Of a stretch of DNA of 54,264 nucleotides, positions 30,171 to 40,400 are shown one piece after another. Source of the DNA: Bacteroidota bacterium (GTDB lineage Bacteria > Bacteroidota > Bacteroidia > Bacteroidales > UBA12077); NCBI GenBank assembly GCA_042584405.1, contig JBHOSR010000004.1:1-54264 (forward strand), written 5' to 3'. Made by a program: the position numbers and the translations under genes. The notes below the pieces were generated by a model. The model saw only the letters and a list, made by a program, of their open reading frames with translations. It made no database searches and was not told the DNA's origin. Positions within the stretch are counted from its first letter, which is position 1, and each line of letters starts with the position of its first letter.

Positions 30171-30791
30171 TCAGTTTTTTATAATCCTGGAAGTATAGCT
30201 AGTATTGTCAACAAATAACTGAATAATATAAATCCCTGAAACCAGCTCTGAACAATCAACAACTAATTGCTTGTTTTTTAAGTTCCCATTCATAACAATT
30301 TTTGATTTGCCGGTAATATCAAATATTGCTAATTCAAATTCTGGATTTGAATAACTTATATTCTCAATAGTAAGCTGGTTTGTATTTAAAGGATTTGGGA
30401 AAACTTTAAAGTCTTTGAAGGATTTTAGATCATTTACATTTGTTGCGGTAGATACGATGATCCTCCCTTTCATGCCACTAGATATGTGATTTTCACAAAT
30501 ATAATAATAGGTTCCTTCTGCATTTAGCATTTTATCTCCACTACCGGAAGGAAAAGTAAAACCCCCAGCTAATGGTGTATTCCCGTTTGAATTCCATGTG
30601 CTCATACTAACTTCTAAAACCGGGTGACTTGAACCAACATCAAAAGAAACAATATCACCTACAGAAATTGTAATAGTTGGCGGAGAAAAAGAAAAACCGC
30701 TAGCATTTATTGTGTGAGTAGTTTGTGTTAATGCACTTAAATGAAAAACAAATACAACTATCGAAGTTAATAAATATCGTTTCATGGCCAT
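30171..30791 (-). CDS. Cupredoxin (plastocyanin-like) domain with T9SS type A sorting domain
   Basis: Signal peptide, FSPPTITISVGDIV, H(PV), GTYYYICENHISSGMKG (type-1 Cu ligands); CTD VFPNP...IFDITGK...GIYII. Confidence 0.88.
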   Translation of the reverse strand: MAMKRYLLTSIVVFVFHLSALTQTTHTINASGFSFSPPTITISVGDIVSFDVGSSHPVLEVSMSTWNSNGNTPLAGGFTFPSGSGDKMLNAEGTYYYICENHISSGMKGRIIVSTATNVNDLKSFKDFKVFPNPLNTNQLTIENISYSNPEFELAIFDITGKSKIVMNGNLKNKQLVVDCSELVSGIYIIQLFVDNTSYTSRIIKN

Positions 30792-30864
30792 AAATTTTAA
30801 TTCAATATAGAAACATATGGCTGTTTTATATTGTTCATTTCCAATTTAAGTAAATAAAAAGTTG

Positions 30865-31338
30865 TTATGGCTTACTATTTATCTGATTGCGAACGATCTT
30901 CCTTGATAGCTTATCTACTTCACGATTATAGTTAGTTTTATCGGAAGCCTTTTGGTGAGCTTTAACTTTAACAAATTCGATTTTTACAGATTCCATTAAG
31001 CATATAATTTTTTGAATTAAATCAGCATTTTGAAGTGTGTTACCTGCTTTTGTAATAAATTTCCTGGAAATTAATTTCGCTGCTCTAAAAGGTATTTGCT
31101 CAACATATTGACTATCCGTGTATATTTTAATTAAGATAATTTCAGAGATTTCTTTTAATACAAATTCTATGGCTTTGATTACTGCCATTAGTTCCATCCT
31201 ATTGTGTGTAGTTTCAGTTTCAGAACCTTGTAATACAATTTTTTCATCCGTATATAAAATTAAAGCTGCCCATCCTCCAATTTGATATTTTGGATTGCAG
31301 CTCCCGTCTGTATATATTTCTATCGTTTTATTAATCAA
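30865..31338 (-). CDS. rnhA: Ribonuclease HI
   Basis: YTDGSC, THNRMEL, YTDSQYV, KVKAH, NREVDKL. Confidence 0.9.
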   Translation of the reverse strand: MINKTIEIYTDGSCNPKYQIGGWAALILYTDEKIVLQGSETETTHNRMELMAVIKAIEFVLKEISEIILIKIYTDSQYVEQIPFRAAKLISRKFITKAGNTLQNADLIQKIICLMESVKIEFVKVKAHQKASDKTNYNREVDKLSRKIVRNQINSKP

Positions 31339-31368
31339 AAGACTTTTGTAAAATGATTTAATTTTAAT

Positions 31369-31755
31369 CTATTTGATATTAAAAGGGAAACATAATAATG
31401 GATAAATATTATTAAGTATCTTTTGTTGAGAATCATTAATCTTTTCAATTACCAATCGTATTTTTTCATGCTCAATATAATGCAAATGTTTACTTGAAAT
31501 TGGATAGTCAACAGCATAATATCCCATTTCATATTCCATGGTTTTAATCTTATTCTTTGCAAGCTCTATTTCATTTAGTTGGGTTTCAAGGATTTCAATA
31601 TTTTTTTTATTGAAAGTAAATCCAGAGTGCTCTTTTTCAAGAACTTCTACTCTTCTTTTCATTAATTTTATCTCTTTTCGATAAAATTCAAGTTTATTTT
31701 TCCAAAGTTTATATTCAAAATCAAGATCCAGAATTTCAATATTGCCTTCTTTCAT
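31369..31755 (-). CDS. Hypothetical helical protein
   Basis: 128-aa ORF with coding-like composition; no motif recognised. Confidence 0.65.
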   Translation of the reverse strand: MKEGNIEILDLDFEYKLWKNKLEFYRKEIKLMKRRVEVLEKEHSGFTFNKKNIEILETQLNEIELAKNKIKTMEYEMGYYAVDYPISSKHLHYIEHEKIRLVIEKINDSQQKILNNIYPLLCFPFNIK

Positions 31756-31955
31756 TGTTAGGGTGTTTTTGTGATTAGATCAAATTTATGATTTTATTCA
31801 TTAAAAATAAATAGCTACCATAAAAATCTATGCAAAATCTGTTTCCCTAAATCATATTAGCATTACATCCTTTCATTTGTCCTGTTTACTAATTCTAGAT
31901 TGAATCTTAAAATGTTCCAGTCTAATTTAGTGTAATAAACTAAAACGAAAATACC

Positions 31956-33014
31956 ATGAAAACATTAAAATCATTATTAATTATAGCTCTATATTTTTTA
32001 GCTATACAAGTCGAAGCACAAACCTTACCTAATGTAGCAATTAAAGATCCTGAATCTTATAAGAATTTGCAAATCTTTTATATCATTAGTAATGAAAAAC
32101 TGGTCGATAAAGAATATTTATCTCTTTCGGAAGCACTTGAGAAAAAATATGTGACCGTATATGAAACGGGAAATGTGCAAGAACTCTCAATCAAAAACAG
32201 TTCAGATAAGTATGTTTACATTAATTCTGGCGACATAGTAAAAGGTGGACAGCAAGACAGAACTATTCGCTTCGATTTGATTTTACCTCCTAAATCAGGC
32301 AAGATTCCACTTAACAGTTTTTGCGTTGAATCAGGTAGATGGCAGCAACGAGGAAATGAAGAATCTGAAGAGTTCACTGAGAATACAAAAGTTTTATCTT
32401 CGCGTAAACTGAAAGTTGCAGCTAAATATATGCAAGATCAGTCAAGTGTTTGGTCGGGTGTGGCAGAACAACAAGAAAAGTTAAATGATAAAGCTAGTGA
32501 GCTTAAAGGTAGTAATGTTGACGTTCGATCGAATGATTCAGAATCTAGTTTGCAACTAACGCTTGAGAATAAGGATGTAAATGAACTTATAGCTATATAT
32601 AAATCAAAGCTAAATAAAGCTCCTGTGAATGCTATTGGTTTTGCTTATGCAATAAATGGCGAATTATATTCAGTTGATATTTATAATAACACTCACCTAT
32701 TTAAGAGCTATTTAGATAAGCTTTTAGAAGCTGCAATTGTAGAGTCTATAAGTGAATATTTAGATGAAAAATTAGGTAAAGCAAGAAAAAGCGATGTACA
32801 AAATTTAATAGGCTCAAATCAATTTAAGTTAGAATCAATAAAAGATGTAAATTCAATAACAATATTCGAAACTTATAAAACGGAAAAAGCTTTAAAGTTT
32901 GTAACAAGGGATAAATCCATAAACTCTGAGTGGATTCATATGAACTTTATACAAATTGATGAGACTGAAATTTTATATAAGTCTGAACAGATTAATCAGC
33001 AAAGACAATACTAA
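31956..33014 (+). CDS. ARPP-1 / DUF6569-like exported protein
   Basis: Signal peptide, GDIVKGGQQDR, FCVESGRW, QSSVW, AINGE...D.Y. Confidence 0.75.
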   Translation: MKTLKSLLIIALYFLAIQVEAQTLPNVAIKDPESYKNLQIFYIISNEKLVDKEYLSLSEALEKKYVTVYETGNVQELSIKNSSDKYVYINSGDIVKGGQQDRTIRFDLILPPKSGKIPLNSFCVESGRWQQRGNEESEEFTENTKVLSSRKLKVAAKYMQDQSSVWSGVAEQQEKLNDKASELKGSNVDVRSNDSESSLQLTLENKDVNELIAIYKSKLNKAPVNAIGFAYAINGELYSVDIYNNTHLFKSYLDKLLEAAIVESISEYLDEKLGKARKSDVQNLIGSNQFKLESIKDVNSITIFETYKTEKALKFVTRDKSINSEWIHMNFIQIDETEILYKSEQINQQRQY

Positions 33015-33027
33015 AATTAGTAATAAC

Positions 33028-33055
33028 CCAAAAAGTAAGTTTTCTTACTTTTTGG
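33028..33055 (+). terminator. Hairpin, probable terminator
   Basis: CCAAAAAGTAAG-TTTT-CTTACTTTTTGG. Confidence 0.6.
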
Positions 33056-33107
33056 ATTAGCTCTTATAAAGTTATTTAATTTAACATTCCATTGTTAACG
33101 ATTGTAG

Positions 33108-33115
33108 TATCTTTG
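33108..33115 (+). promoter_or_regulatory. Bacteroidota -7 promoter element
   Basis: TATCTTTG, 25 nt before the ATG at 33141. Confidence 0.55.
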
Positions 33116-33140
33116 ACGATATTAAATCTATTGAAATTAA

Positions 33141-34403
33141 ATGCATAAATACGATACAATTATTGTTGGTGGTGGTGCAGCTGGTTTAATGGCAGCAGGT
33201 AAGTCGGCCGAATTAGGAGCTAAAGTGCTGGTTTTGGAAAAAATGAATAAACCCGGAAGAAAATTGGGAATAACAGGAAAAGGCCGATGCAATATTACAA
33301 ATACAGCTCCCCTTGCAGAATTCATAAGCCAGGTTAAACCCAACGGTAGATTTTTACGCTCATCTTTTTCTAATTTTTTCTCGAATGAACTAATTGATTT
33401 TTTTAATGGAATTGGTGTAAAAACTGTTACTGAACGTGGTGGTAGAGTATTCCCTGAAAATGGTAAAGCTGTTGAACTTGTTAAATCGATGCTTGGTTGG
33501 TGTAAGAACACTGGAGTAATAACCAAAACTAATTTTACAGTAAATGAATTGTTAATCAATGAAAACCATATAATTGGTGTTCGTGGAATTTCAGAAGAGT
33601 CTGGTAGAAAAGAAGATATATCTTATTTAGCAAGCAAAGTAATTATTACAACTGGAGGATTATCGTATCCTGCTACTGGTTCTACAGGTGATGGTTATAA
33701 ATTAGCAGAATCGGTTGGACATAAAGTAAATCCACAGAGTCCATCGTTGGTACCTTTAGAAACTGAAGGAATCAAAGCAAAACAGTTAAGTGGATTGGAA
33801 TTAAAGAATATTAGAGGAACAGTTTGGATTGATGGCAAAAAGGCTGCTGAAGATTTTGGTGAAATGAGCTTTTTAGATTTTGGAATCACCGGTCCTATTG
33901 TTTTATCATTAAGCAGATTGATAGTTCCTGCAATTCAAGAAAATAAAGATATCATTTTTAGTATAGATCTTAAATCAGCCTTAGACGATAAAAAATTGGA
34001 TAATAGATTATTGCGCGACTTTAATGAAAAAGGGAAAGTTACTTTTAGAAATATATTAAATGGATTGTTACCCAAATCATTGATTCCAGTTTGTATTCAG
34101 GAAACTAAAATTGAATCAGAAAAACTTGGGCATCAGATCACATCCAATGAAAGAAAAGAACTCAGAAAATGGCTTAAGAATTTTAATTTTAAAGTTACAG
34201 GGCACAGACCCTTCGAAGAGGCAATTATTACGGTTGGTGGAGTTGATACAAATGAAATTAATCAGAAAACAATGGAGTCTAAGCTAATTAAAGGTTTGTA
34301 TTTTGCCGGCGAAATTCTCGATTTAGATGCACCAACAGGAGGTTACAACTTGCAAATAGCTTTTTCTACTGCCTGGGTTGCCGCTCAAATTGCCAGTGAA
34401 TAG
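33141..34403 (+). CDS. HI0933/YhiN (BaiN-like) NAD(P)/FAD-dependent oxidoreductase
   Basis: GGGAAGLMAA, TGKGRCNITN, GRVFP, TGGLSYPATGSTGDGY, FAGE...TGGYNLQ. Confidence 0.93.
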   Translation: MHKYDTIIVGGGAAGLMAAGKSAELGAKVLVLEKMNKPGRKLGITGKGRCNITNTAPLAEFISQVKPNGRFLRSSFSNFFSNELIDFFNGIGVKTVTERGGRVFPENGKAVELVKSMLGWCKNTGVITKTNFTVNELLINENHIIGVRGISEESGRKEDISYLASKVIITTGGLSYPATGSTGDGYKLAESVGHKVNPQSPSLVPLETEGIKAKQLSGLELKNIRGTVWIDGKKAAEDFGEMSFLDFGITGPIVLSLSRLIVPAIQENKDIIFSIDLKSALDDKKLDNRLLRDFNEKGKVTFRNILNGLLPKSLIPVCIQETKIESEKLGHQITSNERKELRKWLKNFNFKVTGHRPFEEAIITVGGVDTNEINQKTMESKLIKGLYFAGEILDLDAPTGGYNLQIAFSTAWVAAQIASE

Positions 34404-34452
34404 TGATTAGTGAGTAATGAATAACCTAATAACAAATAATTAGTAACTAGTA
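34401..34452. repeat. Degenerate heptamer tandem repeat
   Basis: TAGTGAT TAGTGAG TAATGAA ... TAATAAC AAATAAT TAGTAAC TAGTAA. Confidence 0.45.
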
Positions 34453-34527
34453 AAAAGAAAGCAGCCTAATTTAAAATTTGAAATACCAATTTACTATTTA
34501 ACCGTCTCCAGCTTAAGCAATTCATTT

Positions 34528-35688
34528 TTAGACTATTTCAATTCCTGTCAACTTGCAAAAATATTGAAGTAACTTAACATGATTTCCCGGTAAAATTAAA
34601 TGGTGGTTCCCTAAAGGATTTTCTTTAAGTTTTTCAATATCCTCGGTTGGAATTTTAATTTTTATTTGTGTTCTGCACGAATCTTCTCTTTCAGGTTTAT
34701 CAACTACTTTTCCATAGGATAAAAAAGCTTTTGTTAAATCATTATTTAATCTAAACACAGTTACTTCTTCTGATTTAAATTTTCCCTGAACTGCAGTTCC
34801 CTGGTTAGTTTCAAAATGTGTATTTATTTTAAAATCAGACACTAAATCAGTTGCAATGGTGCAATGTGCAAAGAATACCTTATCGTCTTCTATTGCAGCA
34901 AGGTTTGCCATCCATGGAATTTGACCTGTTAATTCCTTAATAATTATTTTGCCAGTAATGCTTGTAATATCACCTTCACAACCTGCAGGAATTCCGTTTG
35001 TATTAAACCGTGATAAAGCCAAACATGCAGTCACAGCATTTTCTCTTACCAAAGGAAAACATTCCACTGTAATGGCATCTAGTTGCTTTTTTGCAATTAT
35101 ATCGTTTAAAAGATTATAAACTTTTGACGAGTCTTTTATATCCAGTTTTGAGTCATTAAACTGTTCCAGAAAATCTTCATTTAAATCATATTCAGAATAT
35201 TTAGAAAAACTACTCCATGCAATTTTCTCTAGTTGAAGACCCAACTTGTTTGTTAAAATTTCGTTGCTAATTTCAGAACTAATAAGCCATTCAGATACTT
35301 CCCCAATTAAACCAACTTTATACTTTGAAATATTGTTTAAAGCAATATTACATTTTGAGTATATTCCAAGTTTATTAACGATATCTGTTTCGTTATCCAG
35401 GTTATATAAAATCGATTTAATGTTATTTTGATTGCCATATGTTTTTATTTCTGAAGCAGCTGCGTAGCTATTATTTTCGGTCATTGCTAGAATTAAGATC
35501 TTATCTGCATTTTTTAAAATGTTTTTAGCTTGATTTTCTGATCCACCAGTCAAAATAAACAACACATCGGGATTTTCGTCGGTATAATCAAATTTTATAT
35601 CACTAAATTTATTTTTTAAAACTGATTCTCCTCTTTTAATAATTTCAGTAGGTGCATTAGGAAAGGCTATTAGGCTTATTTTTAACAT
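34528..35688 (-). CDS. L-fucose/L-arabinose isomerase-like protein
   Basis: TGGSE, VECF, GCEGD, AHCT, HFET, CRTQ, GNHH. Confidence 0.75.
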   Translation of the reverse strand: MLKISLIAFPNAPTEIIKRGESVLKNKFSDIKFDYTDENPDVLFILTGGSENQAKNILKNADKILILAMTENNSYAAASEIKTYGNQNNIKSILYNLDNETDIVNKLGIYSKCNIALNNISKYKVGLIGEVSEWLISSEISNEILTNKLGLQLEKIAWSSFSKYSEYDLNEDFLEQFNDSKLDIKDSSKVYNLLNDIIAKKQLDAITVECFPLVRENAVTACLALSRFNTNGIPAGCEGDITSITGKIIIKELTGQIPWMANLAAIEDDKVFFAHCTIATDLVSDFKINTHFETNQGTAVQGKFKSEEVTVFRLNNDLTKAFLSYGKVVDKPEREDSCRTQIKIKIPTEDIEKLKENPLGNHHLILPGNHVKLLQYFCKLTGIEIV

Positions 35689-35732
35689 AATTATGCATTT
35701 ATTTAAAGAAAATAAATTTAAACAAATATTGT

Positions 35733-37088
35733 TTAAAATTTAAAGAGCCGTTTCAAAATGGATGGAAAAAGATAAATTAAAACAAGAATTCCTAAAATAA
35801 GTATTAGGCCGGAACTTAACCATTTGCCAAAACCTAAACCCCACTTAGGTATAAGATTTTTAAGTCCAAAGCTTTTATAGTATGCTTTAGGAGATTCCAT
35901 TTCTGGTAAAATTTCCGAAGGAATTTGAACATCCCAGCTACCAACAACTAATAATGGCATTAAGAAAGTATATTCAACTTGCTCATCGAACTTTTTAGTT
36001 CCTAAAAAGCCCTGTTTACGCGATCCTATATTTGCGGAGTATAGTTTTATATAATATTTCTTATTCCAGATATTTTCATTTTGAATATTTTCTAAATCGT
36101 TCATTACATTTTGGATAGATTCATCCAAATCTTCTGAAAAAGGATTGTCATTTTCAAAGGCTTTATGGTACAATGGTGCTGCCATTCCTTTATAAGTTTG
36201 CAAATGAATTTTATTTTCATCCTTAGGATGTTTTATAAGTTGTTCGCAAAACACAGCTCCTACTGCAATATCTGGCATTTCCGTCTGGGTATTTTCGGTT
36301 TTAATATACCAGGGTGAAGCATTTGGATTTACTTCCAGTACAAACGTAATATCGCTATACTGATGATTCTTATATTCTTCGATATGCTCCAAATCATTCA
36401 TGGCAATGTATCTTCTTGAATCTTTATACCAATAACCCGGATATTTCTTTTCATTTAAGGATGCTTCTGTTGGATTAATTTGCGGTTTATCCCTATCGGC
36501 AATAACAGTAATGCTAACTTTAAAAGAAGTTAACCACAACTGCATTTCCAAAAACTTATTCTGTATGCCTAAACTATCAATTATTAGGCGTTTTTTGTAT
36601 GTTCTGTAAGGTTTTGGTTTATTATCGATACCAAGCTTTATAAGCGATTCTAAAGCCGTTTTTTCGGGTTCGTATAAATTCACAGGTCCAACTGCAATTT
36701 CTATATCGGGTAAACCAAACAAAGGATGATCAGGATCTAACTTAGCACTATTGCAATTGTAAACATAATAAGGTTTTTTACTTTTTTGTCTAAAAATGCT
36801 ATCATACACTTGAATACCAGCTAATTTTACTTCGGCACCTTCGAAATTTGAACCTATACAATCATCAACACGTATTGCTTTTTGTGCATTAAACTGAATA
36901 CGATAATCTTCTTCTAATTGAGCGATTATTTCGTTGTATTTGCGCTCTGTTTCAGCTTTATAATTAGCTATATACTCCTGGTACTCCGGATTTGGTCTTT
37001 TTGTAGACAGTTCATCAAAATCGTTTACAATACCTATTATCCATATTAAGCTTAAAACGGATATAATTAACAGTAGTTTTCTATTCAT
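35733..37088 (-). CDS. Hypothetical membrane protein with N- and C-terminal TM segments
   Basis: 451-aa ORF with hydrophobic ends; no family recognised. Confidence 0.75.
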   Translation of the reverse strand: MNRKLLLIISVLSLIWIIGIVNDFDELSTKRPNPEYQEYIANYKAETERKYNEIIAQLEEDYRIQFNAQKAIRVDDCIGSNFEGAEVKLAGIQVYDSIFRQKSKKPYYVYNCNSAKLDPDHPLFGLPDIEIAVGPVNLYEPEKTALESLIKLGIDNKPKPYRTYKKRLIIDSLGIQNKFLEMQLWLTSFKVSITVIADRDKPQINPTEASLNEKKYPGYWYKDSRRYIAMNDLEHIEEYKNHQYSDITFVLEVNPNASPWYIKTENTQTEMPDIAVGAVFCEQLIKHPKDENKIHLQTYKGMAAPLYHKAFENDNPFSEDLDESIQNVMNDLENIQNENIWNKKYYIKLYSANIGSRKQGFLGTKKFDEQVEYTFLMPLLVVGSWDVQIPSEILPEMESPKAYYKSFGLKNLIPKWGLGFGKWLSSGLILILGILVLIYLFPSILKRLFKF

Positions 37089-37494
37089 GCTAAATAGTTA
37101 TAATAAAGTAATTAAATTGAATAGTTAAAATTCATTCTTTTTCTTCACTTTACAAAAAAATATGAATAAATAAGTCAATTTAGAAAAAAGACATGGAAGT
37201 CTTTATATATAAAGGATCTTTATTCGACTGAATATTTATGTAAATATGTATATATTTAATAAATAGCATATTAGATGAAAATTAATTTCGAACGTTTGTA
37301 ATAAAAAAATGAATGTCTATCAAAAATTATTTGATTTCCGTCACATATTTTCTTAAATTGTATTGAATTATTAAGAACGCTATATTACCCTCTTAATATC
37401 TACCATTTACGGTTGCATACTTTAATTTAGTTGAACATCAACAACAAATAATTAATGTATTTCCTTCTGAAGAATAATTAAAACCACATAAGTC

Positions 37495-40400
37495 ATGAAA
37501 AAATCTACCCTAGTATCCAAGTGGATATTTTTTGTTTTAGTATTAAACCTAATTTTTAGTATTAATGTTTTTTCTCAATTAATTAGTGGTACTCATTATA
37601 TTGGCCCAGGTCAGGAGTACGAAACTATTAACGAAGCTGTTGATAGCTTAGAATCTATAGGGGTTGACGGACCAACCATAATGAAAATTAAATCCGGCAC
37701 TTATAATGAGCAAGTAAAGATTCTTAGTATTTCTGGTACATCACCTACTAATACCGTAACATTTGAATCTGAAGCTCAACATGTTGATAGCGTGTCAGTT
37801 TTTTGGAACGCAAGTACGGAATCAGGATACAATTATGTATTCTTCTTCGGAAATTGTGATTATGTTACTGTTCAGTACATGAAGATATCAAATACTAGTG
37901 CAGCTGCATTTAATCGAGTATTCTTCTTAAATGGTGATGATTGTTTTGGAAATAAAATAAAATACAATCAATTAATAGGAAAGTCTACAACAAGTAGTAG
38001 TAATGAATATGCTGTAATTTATATGTATACAGATTATATTGATGAAACAGAAATTATTGGTAATGATATAGTAGACGGCAGTTACCCTGTTTATTTATAT
38101 GGGAATACAAAAATATCGAACGATGTTAAAGTAAATTACAACAAAACAAATTCCTATTATGGAATGTATCTTTGGAAGCAAAATAATATTGAAGTTATAG
38201 GAAACGAAATAAACTCAAGTTATGGTAATGGAATAGAGCTTAGGGAGTGTCATACTTCAGCAAGCGGTGCTATAACTGTATTAAATAATAAGGTGTCAGC
38301 ATATCATGCCTCAGCACATGCCGGGATATACTTGAATAATTCTGATGGATCTGGTGCCTTTAGTGGTTTAATTGCAAATAATGTTGTTTTTGTAACTAAT
38401 AATGATGATGCCGATGCAAATACGGGCATAAATTTAACCAGCTCAGACTATCATGATGTTTTTCATAATACAGTTTATTTAAAGAATTCAAACTCTACTG
38501 GATGTGCTTTTTATGCAAATGGAGGTGGTAATATTGTTGTAAAAAATAATTTATTTGCTGTACGCTACCATGGATACGCTTTGAACAGCAATAATGGAAC
38601 GAATATCACAGCCAGTGATTACAATAATTTCTATACTTCAGGAAATTATTTAGCATATTGGGGAGGTGCTGTAAAAGAATTAGCTGATCTGCAAGGAGTC
38701 GGATATGATGCCAGTTCTAAAGCCTGGTATCCAAGCTTCTTATCAATCGACAATATAAGTGGTTTAATTCCACAAACGCACTGGATAGACGATATGGGTG
38801 ATGATCTTACTGGCACTATTGATTATGACATTGATAGTGTTGCAAGACCTACTTCTCCATCTGTTGGTGCATACCAGTATACTGCTTCGAATACCACAAC
38901 TTATTCAGGTCCTTTAACCATTCAGGCAGCAGCAGGAACATTTACTTCATTTTCTGAAGCAGCTGATTCTTTAAATAAGTTGGGTGTATCAGGTGCAGTA
39001 ACTATTAGTGTTGAGACTAATACATATAATGAGAATTTTTTCTTAATTGATATTCCTGGGGTAAGTGCTGCAAATACGATTACATTCCAATCCGCTACGG
39101 GTGATTCAACAGATGTTACTGTAGAATACTCATCTCCATCAAGTACAGATAATTATGTTGTTTACTTAAATGGAACCGATTATATTACCTTTAAAGAAAT
39201 GTCTTTCAGAAATACCGGAGCAACATATGCTCGGATATTCAGAATGAATGGTCTGGCACATGATATCACAATTACAAATAATGTATTCATCGGAAGTGGA
39301 AATGCAGCTTCATCAACCGATAGAGCAATTATTTCTAGTACAAACGATAATCTAGATAATTTAACCATTACAAATAATTCATTTACGGATGGTGACAGAG
39401 GTGTAAATTTATCCGGAATATCAGAAGCGGATAGGACATCAGGATTATTAATATCAAACAACCAATTTTCAGGGCATAGAACAAATATAGGTGTTAGTAA
39501 TCAGACAGATTTCGAGATATCAGATAACTTATGTGAAGATTTTACTTATGGAGGAATTACTACAACTAATTGCAGCTCTCCTTATAAAATTCATAGCAAT
39601 CAAGTATATTCTGATGTCAATCTCGATAATTATGCTAATGCTATAAGCACATATAATAATGTAGGTAGTGGTGATGGGGGATTAATATATAATAACTTTG
39701 TATATATTGAAGATAATGATGATATGAGAGGTATACGATTATATTCATCAGGTAACCAAAGTGTTTATAATAATTCTGTTAATGTAGTAAGTTCTAATGC
39801 GAATTCTAAAGCTTTCTTTTATGACTGGAGTGCTAGCCATTCAAATAATATAATAAAGAACAATAATTTTGTAGTAAAGGGTTCAGGTTATCCTATGTAT
39901 TTGGAAAACCCAGACCTTGCCGTTTCTGAATGTGATTATAATAATTATTATACTTCGGGATCATATCTTGTACATTGGGATGGAACAAATTATGGCAATT
40001 TAACATCATTAAATGGTGCTACAGGAGAAGATGCCAATTCTGTTAATTATTATCATGGCTATTTTTCAGATACAGATTTACATACTAATTCACCATGGTT
40101 AGATAGCGCAGGTGTTGCACTGGCTGGATTGGTTGATGTTGATATTGACGGAGACGTAAGGGATGCAACCTATCCTGATATTGGAGCTGATGAATATTCA
40201 TCTACAGTTAAACCTTATGCCGGTGAATATACCATTGGTGCAACCGGTGATTTCTTAACTTTTAATGAAGCACTTGATTCGTTAATTGAAAGAGGTGTTA
40301 ATGATACGGTAATATTTAAAGTACAAACTGGGACTTATACAGAAAATCTGGCAATTCCGTTCATTTCTGGTATTTCAAGTACTTCGCCTATCATATTTGA

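Noticed and set aside
37089-37494. 400-bp intergenic region as ncRNA or riboswitch
   Set aside because: Very AT-rich, with no stable stems or recognisable motif.
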